64,000 nt of DNA. Source: a virus. Lineage: Duplodnaviria; Caudoviricetes. Below, in pieces: positions 27,914 to 37,095 of this stretch (its first letter is position 1; each line of letters begins with the position of its first letter). The stretch lies in the IMG/VR virus record IMGVR_UViG_3300032030_004230; one strand, written 5' to 3'. The position numbers and the translations under genes are program-made. The notes under the pieces are model-generated. The model saw only the letters and a list, made by a program, of their open reading frames with translations. It did not search any database and was not told where the DNA came from.

Positions 27914-28633
27914 ATGAGTATGGAAAGCGCAATGACTGGTATGTTTGGAGACATGTTCAGTCGTCTTGGGAAGGATTGCTGTCGCCTTGGCATCAATGGA
28001 CAGCTTGCTGTAAAGACAAGCAATGGCTACAAGACTTACGATGTAAAGACGGGCCGCCTCACAAATGTCAATCAGTTCTGTTTTGACATCGGTCAGGAGT
28101 TTTTTTTCGTAATTCCTACAACTAAGGCAAAGAAAGGTGATGTTCTTCTTGTTGATGGAAAGCCTCGCTGCGTTATTGAGAACAATGCTGACAAAGAGCT
28201 CAAAGTCATGAACTATGAAAACAGCACAATCGACACAATTGTTCCTGAGCGTCATTTCTTCATGGGTCAGATGTACTTCTACCGCAAGATCGTTTCAATG
28301 TTTGGCAGTAGCAACTTCCTCAAGAAAGGTAAGGGCATCAGCGGAATGCTTGGTATGATGTTCAAAATGAACATGCTCAAGTCTTTTATGGGCGGTGGAA
28401 GCAGCAACAACACTGGCGATACAAACAACATGCTCGGACTGATGATGATGAGCAACATGCTTGGCGGAAAAGACGGTGACAATGACCTTTCAGAAATGTT
28501 CGACTTCGATTTTGTTGAAGCAGACTTTGACCCGACTGTAATGACAGAAAATGTTGATGAAACTCCTGAAGAAAAGAAAGCCCGCCTTAAGGCAGAACTT
28601 GCTGCTCTTGAAGCTGACGAAGGCAAGAAGTAG
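27914..28633 (+). CDS. Met/Gly-rich phage protein preceding the vWA gene
   Basis: AGGAGA SD at 27901; frame is open back to 27701; GMLGMMFKMNM and GLMMMSNMLGG low-complexity segment. Confidence 0.8.
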   Translation: MSMESAMTGMFGDMFSRLGKDCCRLGINGQLAVKTSNGYKTYDVKTGRLTNVNQFCFDIGQEFFFVIPTTKAKKGDVLLVDGKPRCVIENNADKELKVMNYENSTIDTIVPERHFFMGQMYFYRKIVSMFGSSNFLKKGKGISGMLGMMFKMNMLKSFMGGGSSNNTGDTNNMLGLMMMSNMLGGKDGDNDLSEMFDFDFVEADFDPTVMTENVDETPEEKKARLKAELAALEADEGKK

Positions 28634-28680
28634 TTTCTCTGGTAGAGGCTTAAAGCCTCTATCGAATTCTTGGAGAGCTT

Positions 28681-28923
28681 ATGTGGACAATTGCAGTATA
28701 TGCTTATAAGGGTGACACAGATCCTCCTGAGTATTTATGGTCAGCAGAACGTGTTCATTTTGATATAGATGATGGTGTTGAATGGTGGAACAATGACACT
28801 AGATCATACATAGATGAGTTTGTTGAGTATGACATAGACTTACAAAACAAAGTTATCATTATCTATAAATATGACACTCCAGACAATAAGAAAAAGTCTA
28901 CAGATGAAGAGATCGTCTGGTAA
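28681..28923 (+). CDS. Hypothetical protein ending ...DEEIVW
   Basis: 80 aa, GGAG SD. Confidence 0.7.
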   Translation: MWTIAVYAYKGDTDPPEYLWSAERVHFDIDDGVEWWNNDTRSYIDEFVEYDIDLQNKVIIIYKYDTPDNKKKSTDEEIVW

Positions 28924-28965
28924 AAAGAAAAGTGCCTTATCGAAAGGGCAGAGGAGAAATAAACT

Positions 28966-29889
28966 ATGGGTGGCGGAAGTTATTCTAGCTCAGATTTTTC
29001 AAGTTATTCATATAGCCGTGGGTGTTCTTATGATGCAGTAACACATCGTGTAAGCGGTCACAAATTCACAGCATCTTCAATTGCAAAAGAGCTGAACGCA
29101 AAAGGGAAAATTCGCGAATGTTGCAATAATGATGAACATCCTAACACAGTTCCTGTTATTCTTGCATTGGACGTCACTGGTTCAATGGGAACAGCATGTG
29201 ATGAATGTGCTGCTTCAATCTCTGCTTTGATGAAAGACCTCTATGAGCAGTTCAAAGATGTTGAAGTCATGGTGATGGGCGTTGGTGATTTTGAATGTGA
29301 TGATGCTCCGCTTCAGGTATCTCAGTTTGAAAGCGATGTTCGCGTTGCAGAGCAGATGGACAAAGTTTGGCTGGAAAAAGGCGGTGGTGGAAATGGCTAT
29401 GAATCATACACAGCTCCTTGGTGGTTTGGTCTTTACAGAACTTCTTTGGACTGCTATGATAAGCAGGGCCGTAAAGGCATTATCATCACAATGGGCGATG
29501 AGCCGCTTAATCCTATTTTGAATAAGAGCGAAGTATTCGATTTCCTTGGTGAAAAAACTGACAGAGACAAGAATGCACAGTATGTTTTCCGCACGCCAGA
29601 ACTTTATGAAGCTGCTTCTAAAAAGTTTGACATCTACCATATCACTGTAAAAGATCTTCGCACAAATTACGATGGTCACAACGAGTACTATGAAGATAAA
29701 GTAGATGAGTCTTTCAAAGAAGTCATTGGCGAAGAGAATTACATTGTTTCTTCAGTTAACAGTTTGAAAAACAACATCGTAAAACTCATTGAACGCAGCT
29801 ACAAAATTCGTGAACATCTTCTTGAGGCAGAGAAGCCTGCTGAAGACAAAACAGTTAAGCATGATGAGACTGGAGCTATCGTATGGTAG
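28966..29889 (+). CDS. von Willebrand factor A (vWA) domain protein
   Basis: MIDAS DVTGSM, GGGGNGYESY, IITMGDE; N-terminus MGGGS. Confidence 0.88.
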   Translation: MGGGSYSSSDFSSYSYSRGCSYDAVTHRVSGHKFTASSIAKELNAKGKIRECCNNDEHPNTVPVILALDVTGSMGTACDECAASISALMKDLYEQFKDVEVMVMGVGDFECDDAPLQVSQFESDVRVAEQMDKVWLEKGGGGNGYESYTAPWWFGLYRTSLDCYDKQGRKGIIITMGDEPLNPILNKSEVFDFLGEKTDRDKNAQYVFRTPELYEAASKKFDIYHITVKDLRTNYDGHNEYYEDKVDESFKEVIGEENYIVSSVNSLKNNIVKLIERSYKIREHLLEAEKPAEDKTVKHDETGAIVW

Positions 29890-30236
29890 AACGCTATCGT
29901 AAAAAGCCTCTCATAGTAGAGGCAATTCATTGCACATTTGACAATAAAAACGAATGGTGGGACGACCTTGCTAAAATGTGCGAACATGTAGGTATAGAGC
30001 CGTCATTCGTAAGCAGTGAATACGCGGGAAGTGGGGCTTGGATGTCTACAAAGATTACTTTTTCAAATGGTTATGATTACAATGGCCGAGCACTTAATGC
30101 TTTAGCTCCAATTCGTGACGGCGACTATCTTGTAAAAGGTGTTGACGGTAGCATTTATCCAGTTATTAAAGAAACCTTTGAAAAAGTTTACGACAAAGTT
30201 GATGATAACAATGAGACTGGCGTAATTTCTTGGTAG
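29883..30236 (+). CDS. Common phage protein (YRKKP..VEA / GDYLVKG..YP..F.K.Y family)
   Basis: Family motif recognised; ends ...ETGVISW. Confidence 0.7.
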   Translation: MVERYRKKPLIVEAIHCTFDNKNEWWDDLAKMCEHVGIEPSFVSSEYAGSGAWMSTKITFSNGYDYNGRALNALAPIRDGDYLVKGVDGSIYPVIKETFEKVYDKVDDNNETGVISW

Positions 30237-30274
30237 CTCTTATTATATTACTATAACAGGAGACATGAAATTAT

Positions 30275-31369
30275 ATGAGCTTAGACGTTATTATAGGCGC
30301 TGGATTCGGCGACGAAGGCAAGGGTCTTACTACTGCACGAGTTGCAAAGTTTTACCATGATTATGACAACACAATTGTAGTCTTAAACAATGGCGGTGCG
30401 CAGCGTGGGCATTCAGTCAATGTAAATGGCTTTGAGCATGTCTTCAAGCATTTTGGCTCAGCTACTCCGCTAAAAGTTGAGTCTTACTTTGGTCCAAAGT
30501 ATATTCTCAATCCAATGCAGTTTGAGAAAGAATACGATGAAATTTTGAACACTTATGGCATTCACCCAATCTCATCACGTTCTTCAGACTGTATCTGGTC
30601 AACCCCTTGGGATATGATGGCAAATCAAATTCATCAGAAAGAAAAATGGACTGGCTCTTGTGGAATGGGCATTTGGGAGACAATCAAGCGTTATGTAAAG
30701 TCGGTGACAATTCCATTTGATGATTTTTGTCTTGGCTCAGAAAGCTCACAGGTAACATATCTCACAATGATACGTGACTATTATTTTGGTCAAATTGAAA
30801 AAGTGAATGTGCCTGTAGAGTACAAAGACGCTTGGTTTAGCGATGGAACTATCAAACATTTCATCGAAGACTGTATGACTATGTTGATGCGTTGTCCAGT
30901 TCGCAGAGACTTAAGTGATAAAGAACATGTCATTATTGAGAATGGACAGGGAATGCTTTTACGTGATGACGGCAAAGATGATGTTGAGAAAACTCCGTCA
31001 GAAACTGGAATTTATACGCTGTTCGGAATTGATAAAAACCTCATGGCTGAAAGTCCAGTAGTTCATTTTGTTACCAGACCTTATCTAACTCGTCATGGCT
31101 CAGCAAATTGGGAAAACAACAAGAAGCCTCATGACTATGTTGATGCGTCTGTCGAGATAAATCAATATAACGAATTTCAGCATGAACTGTGCTATGCTCA
31201 CCTTAATATTGAGGATTTGAAGAACAGATGTGATGCTGAAGTTAGTAAAGTTGGTTTGAAAAATTACGTTGTTGAAGTTACGCACTGTGATGAGTTGGAT
31301 GCATCTTCAGAATTTAAACGAGTTTTCAAAGATTCAAAAGTACGATTTTATGACACGAGGTATTTGTAA
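30275..31369 (+). CDS. Divergent adenylosuccinate-synthetase (PurA)-like ligase
   Basis: GAGFGDEGKG, GGAQRGH, GSCGMGI, ENGQG, YLTRHG; lacks the TTGRxRR aspartate loop; own TATTATATTA motif at 30241. Confidence 0.85.
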   Translation: MSLDVIIGAGFGDEGKGLTTARVAKFYHDYDNTIVVLNNGGAQRGHSVNVNGFEHVFKHFGSATPLKVESYFGPKYILNPMQFEKEYDEILNTYGIHPISSRSSDCIWSTPWDMMANQIHQKEKWTGSCGMGIWETIKRYVKSVTIPFDDFCLGSESSQVTYLTMIRDYYFGQIEKVNVPVEYKDAWFSDGTIKHFIEDCMTMLMRCPVRRDLSDKEHVIIENGQGMLLRDDGKDDVEKTPSETGIYTLFGIDKNLMAESPVVHFVTRPYLTRHGSANWENNKKPHDYVDASVEINQYNEFQHELCYAHLNIEDLKNRCDAEVSKVGLKNYVVEVTHCDELDASSEFKRVFKDSKVRFYDTRYL

Positions 31370-31587
31370 TGTTGTTTGCAGTAAAGACCCCTGAAGGCTA
31401 TGTAAAGAATAAGCCAAATGGATATGGGTACAAGTTTTCACGAAGACTGAATGACGCTCGTATCTTCAATAAGAGCAATGCAGCGAAGATTGTACGGCGG
31501 TATGTTATGAGAGAAGCTCAGCGTCTTCGAGATTGGAAGTGGTCTGACGTAGAAGTTGTTGAAGTCGGTGCAATTGAACTTGCATAG
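31369..31587 (+). CDS. Small protein, paralog of 37096-37335
   Basis: GYVKNKPNG..YKF....ARIF. Confidence 0.7.
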   Translation: MLFAVKTPEGYVKNKPNGYGYKFSRRLNDARIFNKSNAAKIVRRYVMREAQRLRDWKWSDVEVVEVGAIELA

Positions 31588-31609
31588 CATCTACTAAAAA
31601 CTTCTAGCA

Positions 31610-31674
31610 AGCTCCCTCTTAAGGAGGGAGCTTTTTTCTTTTAAAAAACTTTACAGAACCTTTATTATATTATT
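31610..31674 (+). promoter_or_regulatory. Terminator plus TATTATATTA promoter cassette (copy 2)
   Basis: AGCTCCCT/AGGGAGCT hairpin, U-tail, TTAAAAAACTTTACAGAA, TATTATATTATT. Confidence 0.75.
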
Positions 31675-31852
31675 ATCGTATTCTTGCATTATAAAGGTTT
31701 TAAGAAAGTTTTCTATATTAGGTACAAAAATAATATTTTTACTATTATGGAACTTTCAAAATTACTAAGTGTTTCTGAAAAAACGATTCTTAGACACTTA
31801 AAAGAAAATAAGCCAATAAATAAATCTAGTCTTGTGCTAGAAGGAGTCAAGT

Positions 31853-32086
31853 ATGAGAAGTTATCAGTGGGAGAAACAACAGATTAAAGGAAAATGGTAC
31901 ACAGTTTGTATTAGTCATGAACACATGCCAATGATTGAACATTGCAAAGATGGTCGCTACAAAGTGACTGGCTCAGATGGAAAGTCTAGAATTGAGAAAG
32001 AATTCGTTGATGCAAAGAAGTTTGCAATTAGCACTTTCAAAAAGATGACGAAATTCAACAAAAACTGGGACAAGGACAATGCGTAA
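31853..32086 (+). CDS. Hypothetical protein
   Basis: 77 aa, AGGAG SD. Confidence 0.7.
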   Translation: MRSYQWEKQQIKGKWYTVCISHEHMPMIEHCKDGRYKVTGSDGKSRIEKEFVDAKKFAISTFKKMTKFNKNWDKDNA

Positions 32087-32357
32087 TATGGAAAAAAGAA
32101 AGTTCATTGATTTTACAAAAGATGAATTGGTTCCTGGAACACTTGTTGAAAAGTTTTTTCATGACAGAATTGTAAAAATTGTCAAAAGTCTTGAAAATGC
32201 TGTATTGCTTGAGCTTGAAGATGAGAAATATTCTTCAAACAAAAAGTATGCAGTTTTTGCTCTAAATAAAGACACAGGCTACTGGAATATGAGAATTTCA
32301 TGCCCTTCAGTTGACGAAATGCATTCTTGGCTCTCATTCTACAACAAAATGAGGTAA
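32079..32357 (+). CDS. Hypothetical protein
   Basis: 92 aa, overlapping operon arrangement. Confidence 0.65.
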   Translation: MRNMEKRKFIDFTKDELVPGTLVEKFFHDRIVKIVKSLENAVLLELEDEKYSSNKKYAVFALNKDTGYWNMRISCPSVDEMHSWLSFYNKMR

Positions 32358-32362
32358 ACTCT

Positions 32363-32701
32363 ATGGCAAAAAATGTTGCAAAAATTCTCGATAAGATCGA
32401 AACAAATCTTAAACTCCAGCAGGAGAAGCTTAAACTTCTGCGTGAAAACATGTCTTATATTGAGTATCTGGCAGACTACAAGAATAGTTGTTTTTGGCTG
32501 CCTCTTACTGAAGAAAAAGCAGCAAAGTTTGCAAACGATACCTGGAATCTTGACGAGCTTCGTCTTACAGTATGGTTCCTTGTCAAAACAGACACTGGCA
32601 TTCGCATTTTGAATAAAGAAGAGTACGAAACTTGCATGGATAAAGCACAAGTATTGTATCAGGGTACATATCAGGCTTGCAAAAACTTCATTAAGGTGTG
32701 A
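32363..32701 (+). CDS. Hypothetical protein
   Basis: GAGG SD before MAKNV. Confidence 0.7.
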   Translation: MAKNVAKILDKIETNLKLQQEKLKLLRENMSYIEYLADYKNSCFWLPLTEEKAAKFANDTWNLDELRLTVWFLVKTDTGIRILNKEEYETCMDKAQVLYQGTYQACKNFIKV

Positions 32702-32780
32702 AGCTAATTCTGACTGCAGAAAAATCTCTAAAAAGGCTATTATATTATTATAGCAAACAACACTTAAAAAGGAGATTATT

Positions 32781-32981
32781 ATGACTGCATCAGAAAAAAC
32801 AATTTTTGAAGATTTTCTTAAAGAAGCTCACTTCGAAGTAGAAAGTGAGAATAACGGTCTTTATGAGATTTCACACAGATACTCATCAAAGACTGAGACA
32901 ATTCAGACAAATGGCTATAATTTGCTTTACAGCATGCAGCGACTCACAAATTCACAGCTTGCAAAGGACGTTTTGAGATAA
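32781..32981 (+). CDS. Hypothetical protein
   Basis: AGGAG SD, TATTATATTA at 32738. Confidence 0.7.
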   Translation: MTASEKTIFEDFLKEAHFEVESENNGLYEISHRYSSKTETIQTNGYNLLYSMQRLTNSQLAKDVLR

Positions 32982-33010
32982 TTTCAAGATTCTGTATTGT
33001 AGGAGATACT

Positions 33011-34543
33011 ATGGCTAAAAACATAAAAAATGAGCTGATTGACAAAGTATTAGAACCAATTCACGAAGCTGGCTTTACTGTTGCTTTTGTTGGCGGTTGT
33101 GTTCGTGACAAACTGATGAATATCAAACCTCATGATTTCGACATCGCAACTGATGCAACTCCTGAAGAACTTCATAAAATCTTTAACAAATTTTCAAAAG
33201 TCTCAAAAAACAGTGAGCCTTTTGGCGTAACAATGCCTTTGATTGAATTTGATGACGGGACTGCTGAAGAAGTTGAAATTGCAACTTTCAGAAAAGACAT
33301 TACAAAAGGTCGACATCCAAAAATTGAGTTTACACGCTCAATTGAAGAAGATGCAGCTCGCCGTGATTTTACAGTAAATGCTTTGTATGAAGACATGTTT
33401 GGAAATATCATTGACCCTACAGGTCAGGGCAAAGATGACATTCGAATAAATGCATTGCGTTTCATTGGGAATGCTCAGGACCGCATTTCTGAAGACCCAT
33501 TACGAATCTTCAGATTTGTTCGATTCTTAGCTTCAAAAGGCTTTATGTCAGCTCATAGCGCAAAAGAAGCTTTAGAGTGGAAAGCCGATTTTGCAGATGT
33601 CTCAAAAGAGCGTGTTTTGAAAGAGCTGGAGAAAACATTTGGCGGAAAGTTTCTATTTGAGACTGCATTTGGCTTGACTCCGTTTGACTTTTTCATAGCT
33701 TGTCGTATTGATGAGAAAGTCGGTATGCGTCCGCTAATAGTTGATATGTCAAATATCGAGCAGTCTTGGATGTGGCATGCAGAGGGCTCTTTGTGGTGGT
33801 TGGACAGTGGCGAGTCAGTCGCTGCTGAAAGCATTACAGACTTTTCCAAAGCTACACCAAAGACTCATGGCAGTGCATGGGACCACACTTTGCGAGTTAT
33901 GAAATTGATGAGCAAAGAAACGCAGAATGATCCAGACGAGCATCACAGATTTGTCTTGATGATGGCTGCATTCTTGCATGATATTGGCAAAGCTCATTCA
34001 GATCTTGGAGTTAAGACTAATCACTTAGTTTTTAATGGAAAAGAGATTGTCGAGACAATTCCGAAAGTGTCTGACCACGATAAAGTGGGTGCACCAATTG
34101 CAGAACAGTTTTGTAAAGACATTGGAATGACAAATAAGGATGCTAGACTTGTATTCCGCTTGGTTGCAAATCATATGAATGCACATAAACTCGCAGACAT
34201 GAAAAAGAGGTCTTCTATTTGGAGGCTCGTGTCTCAGAAGTTTTTTAAAGATTTGGTGAAGCTTGCTAGATGTGATGAGAACGGTTGTATCAAGACTACA
34301 GATGACAAGTGGTGTGGTATTGACAATGCTTTGAAGTTACAGAAAGTTGCAGATGTTCTTGGAAAGCCAATGCCAAAGCCTATTGTAACAGGCGATGACT
34401 TGATTGCAGCTGGACTGAAACCAGATAGCTCATTCAAGAAAAGACTTGATGTTGCATACAATTTGCAGATTGATCAAGGCTTAACAGATAAAGCTAAACT
34501 TATCAAGCATGCAAAAGGTATGACATTGCCTAAAAGCTTGTAA
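33011..34543 (+). CDS. cca: tRNA nucleotidyltransferase (class II CCA-adding enzyme) with HD domain
   Basis: VGGCVRD, DFDIAT, RRDFTVNAL, EDPLRIFR, HDIGK, C-terminal TGDDL. Confidence 0.9.
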   Translation: MAKNIKNELIDKVLEPIHEAGFTVAFVGGCVRDKLMNIKPHDFDIATDATPEELHKIFNKFSKVSKNSEPFGVTMPLIEFDDGTAEEVEIATFRKDITKGRHPKIEFTRSIEEDAARRDFTVNALYEDMFGNIIDPTGQGKDDIRINALRFIGNAQDRISEDPLRIFRFVRFLASKGFMSAHSAKEALEWKADFADVSKERVLKELEKTFGGKFLFETAFGLTPFDFFIACRIDEKVGMRPLIVDMSNIEQSWMWHAEGSLWWLDSGESVAAESITDFSKATPKTHGSAWDHTLRVMKLMSKETQNDPDEHHRFVLMMAAFLHDIGKAHSDLGVKTNHLVFNGKEIVETIPKVSDHDKVGAPIAEQFCKDIGMTNKDARLVFRLVANHMNAHKLADMKKRSSIWRLVSQKFFKDLVKLARCDENGCIKTTDDKWCGIDNALKLQKVADVLGKPMPKPIVTGDDLIAAGLKPDSSFKKRLDVAYNLQIDQGLTDKAKLIKHAKGMTLPKSL

Positions 34544-35072
34544 GCTCAACTCTTCTTTTTAGAGTGGGCCGATCTTTGTCATTAATTTCAATCACTTTAG
34601 TGACTTTGTATCGGCCATCTAGTATGACTTCTTGCTGCCATCTGTAATCAGAGTCAGACCACTGACTTGTAATGTCATAAACACTGTCTGGAATTTTCCA
34701 ACCTTCAGCATTATGGAAGACCATTTCACAGATGTCAGCGTCAGAGTTTTGCGAAGTGAATACAGTAATTTTGTCAACAAAGCTATCATAGTTTTCTTTG
34801 CTGAGAAATTGCAAAATTGAGGAAGAGCAAGGTGTTGCAGAGAATATGTCACCCTCTTTTAAAGACCAGACATTGTTTTCTTTGTAGTAGTCGTCCCATG
34901 GACGTGCTACATAACGGTACAATACATTAAAATTTTCTTTGAAGCAGCTTGCAGCTTTCAGTAGTTTGTAAGAGATTCTACTAGTGCACACCCAGTCTTC
35001 AAGAGATTTAAGATAGTCTTCTTTAAGAGACTCCTTGACTGATTCTTCAATAAGCTCATTAGATGCTTCCAT
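34530..35072 (-). CDS. Putative mono-ADP-ribosyltransferase (R-S-E clade, VIP2/C3/Mod-like)
   Basis: LYR strand, LKEGDIF, Ser-rich strand, ARTT-like Y-R-W-Q-Q-E followed by VIL..YKV; ACTAAT-N5-ATG motif upstream. Confidence 0.6.
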   Translation of the reverse strand: MEASNELIEESVKESLKEDYLKSLEDWVCTSRISYKLLKAASCFKENFNVLYRYVARPWDDYYKENNVWSLKEGDIFSATPCSSSILQFLSKENYDSFVDKITVFTSQNSDADICEMVFHNAEGWKIPDSVYDITSQWSDSDYRWQQEVILDGRYKVTKVIEINDKDRPTLKRRVELTSF

Positions 35073-35168
35073 AAAGAATTAGTTGAGTTAATCTTTTTGT
35101 AGAGCAGGATATAAAAATCCTTGTCTCTATAACATATAACATTTTTATAAATAGGAGAACACATTAGC

Positions 35169-36470
35169 ATGTGGGAAATCAATGGAAAGAGAACTTCTGA
35201 TGAAGCAGAAGTAATGAAAGCGTTTGGCCTTAAATATCCGCCAATGGTAAAGAGTCTTGATGACACCGACCTTTATAAGGGCAGCATGGGTCAGACATAC
35301 CATCATCAATTCGGTAATTTGAAGACAACTTGGGACTTCTGTGCCCGCAATGTTGGACTTAACTCAAAGCATCCTGAAAAATACACAAAAGAAGACATCA
35401 CAGAAATCAAAAATCAGCTGCGTGCATATTGCGCACTTCGTTTTGAAGACGAAGAACTTGACTATCTTCGCAACAAATGTCCTTGGATTAAAACAGACTA
35501 TCTCAACTTCTTGAAGTTCTGGCATCCAGTCTTTGAAGACTTCACAGTCGAAGAAGATGAAAAGACAGGCATTAAGCTCTCATTTGCTGGCGTGCAGGAA
35601 TATGTAGAGTACTACGAAATTCCTGTTCTTGAAATCTGTGCAGAAACATACTACCGCAATCATTACAACTATGATAAGCTTCTTGCAAACTACAAGAAAC
35701 TCACTGAAGAAAAAATTGCCAAAATGAAAGAAGGTGACTATCACTTTGGAGCATGGTCAGAGTTTGGAGCTCGCCGCCGCCTTTCTTATGAAGCACAGGA
35801 ATGGTTGATTGGCCGCCTTGCTGAAGAGAAGAGATACACTGGTCCTTTCTATGGTTTCATTGGAACTTCAAATATCCGCCTTGCCCGCATGTTCAACGTA
35901 ACACCTGTTGGAACTTGTGCACATGAGTTTATCGAGTGTGTTGGACAGGGTGATCCTTCACTTAATCCTGCTTACAGCAACAAGTTCGCAATGGAAGCTT
36001 GGATTAAAGAATACGGAGTTTGGAATGGTATTTGGTTGACTGATACAATTGGTGATGAACTTTGCCGCCGTGACATGCAGAAAACATATGCAACATTGTT
36101 CAGCGGAGTTCGTAATGACTCTGGTGACCCGTTTGTTTGGGCAGACAATTGGATTGAGCACTTCAAATCACTTGGAATTGACCCGAAAACAAAGACACTT
36201 TTGTTCAGTAACAGCATCAACAGTCTTGAACTGTGGGATAAACTTTGCCGCCATGTTGAAGGTCGCGCAAAACCTGCGTTTGGAATTGGTACATACTGGT
36301 CAGGTCCTCAGGACATCGACCCTCTCAACATTGTTGCAAAAGTCGTTCTGGTAAATGGAATGGATGTTGCAAAGTTGAGCGACGATGCTGGTAAAACAAT
36401 GAGCCGCAGCGCTGAGTACGTTGACTACCTCAAACGTGCGCTTGATTGGCGCTTGAAGAGCGGAAAATAA
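35169..36470 (+). CDS. pncB: Nicotinate phosphoribosyltransferase
   Basis: DTDLYK, EFGARRR, GTSN, GTCAHEF, LTDT, RNDSGDP, FGIGT, LNIV, KLSD..GK (PncB-type, not Nampt-type). Confidence 0.92.
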   Translation: MWEINGKRTSDEAEVMKAFGLKYPPMVKSLDDTDLYKGSMGQTYHHQFGNLKTTWDFCARNVGLNSKHPEKYTKEDITEIKNQLRAYCALRFEDEELDYLRNKCPWIKTDYLNFLKFWHPVFEDFTVEEDEKTGIKLSFAGVQEYVEYYEIPVLEICAETYYRNHYNYDKLLANYKKLTEEKIAKMKEGDYHFGAWSEFGARRRLSYEAQEWLIGRLAEEKRYTGPFYGFIGTSNIRLARMFNVTPVGTCAHEFIECVGQGDPSLNPAYSNKFAMEAWIKEYGVWNGIWLTDTIGDELCRRDMQKTYATLFSGVRNDSGDPFVWADNWIEHFKSLGIDPKTKTLLFSNSINSLELWDKLCRHVEGRAKPAFGIGTYWSGPQDIDPLNIVAKVVLVNGMDVAKLSDDAGKTMSRSAEYVDYLKRALDWRLKSGK

Positions 36471-36477
36471 AATGAAA

Positions 36478-36497
36478 AACCGCCCATGAGGGCGGTT
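36478..36497 (+). terminator. Hairpin after pncB
   Basis: AACCGCCC-ATGA-GGGCGGTT. Confidence 0.6.
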
Positions 36498-36521
36498 AAT
36501 CTATTTTTAAGGTGATGAAAA

Positions 36522-37088
36522 ATGATTTTATGTATAATCTTTTTATGTTTCTGTGGTTTGTGTTTCATTGGACAATGCATCACATCAGACTGGTATTATT
36601 CAACTCATGATGTTGATAAAGACATAATCAAAAGTGAAGAAAATCCTAAAAAGAAACGCGAGTTGAAGATTGAAAGACTTCAGTATAAAATTTCAAGGTT
36701 TACATACTTTGTTTTTGGTGAGTTAGACTCTAATTGCATACGCGCTTGGATAGTTGGTTTAGCAGCTGTTGCTTTTGGTTTATTTTTGGTCATTGCTAAA
36801 TGTACTGACTCATCTGAAATTACAAATCTTAATGCAAGATATGACTATTATGCAACCGCCATTGAGCAAGGATATATTTGGAACTCGCAGAATGACATTG
36901 TAGATGAACAAAGAAATATTGCTGAGATGAAAGCTTGGGTTCATGAGCATCCAATCAGAACTTTCTTCAAAGTTGAAGATGTCGATGCTTTGTATGATAA
37001 AGTCATGAAGTTTGAAATTCCTGCAATCGAAAACACAGCGAAGTATCAGTTGAATACTACACGAAACGTGATAAAAACAGAGAGATAA
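36522..37088 (+). CDS. Membrane protein (2 TM)
   Basis: Hydrophobic N-terminus and a second TM segment. Confidence 0.7.
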   Translation: MILCIIFLCFCGLCFIGQCITSDWYYSTHDVDKDIIKSEENPKKKRELKIERLQYKISRFTYFVFGELDSNCIRAWIVGLAAVAFGLFLVIAKCTDSSEITNLNARYDYYATAIEQGYIWNSQNDIVDEQRNIAEMKAWVHEHPIRTFFKVEDVDALYDKVMKFEIPAIENTAKYQLNTTRNVIKTER

Positions 37089-37095
37089 AACGCAT

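Noticed and set aside
30275-31369. PurZ / 2-aminoadenine (Z) genome system
   Set aside because: PurZ replaces the catalytic Asp with Ser (GSTGKG-type) and keeps the aspartate loop. This protein has GDEGKG and lacks the loop. No DatZ-like HD dATPase is adjacent, and the MazG-like gene is 17 kb away.
31684-31887. HTH-like small ORF (ELSKLLSVSEKTILRHL) downstream of the promoter cassette
   Set aside because: The start is uncertain, there is no SD, and it overlaps the next gene. It could be a real 46-aa protein from ATG 31747 but support is too weak to call.
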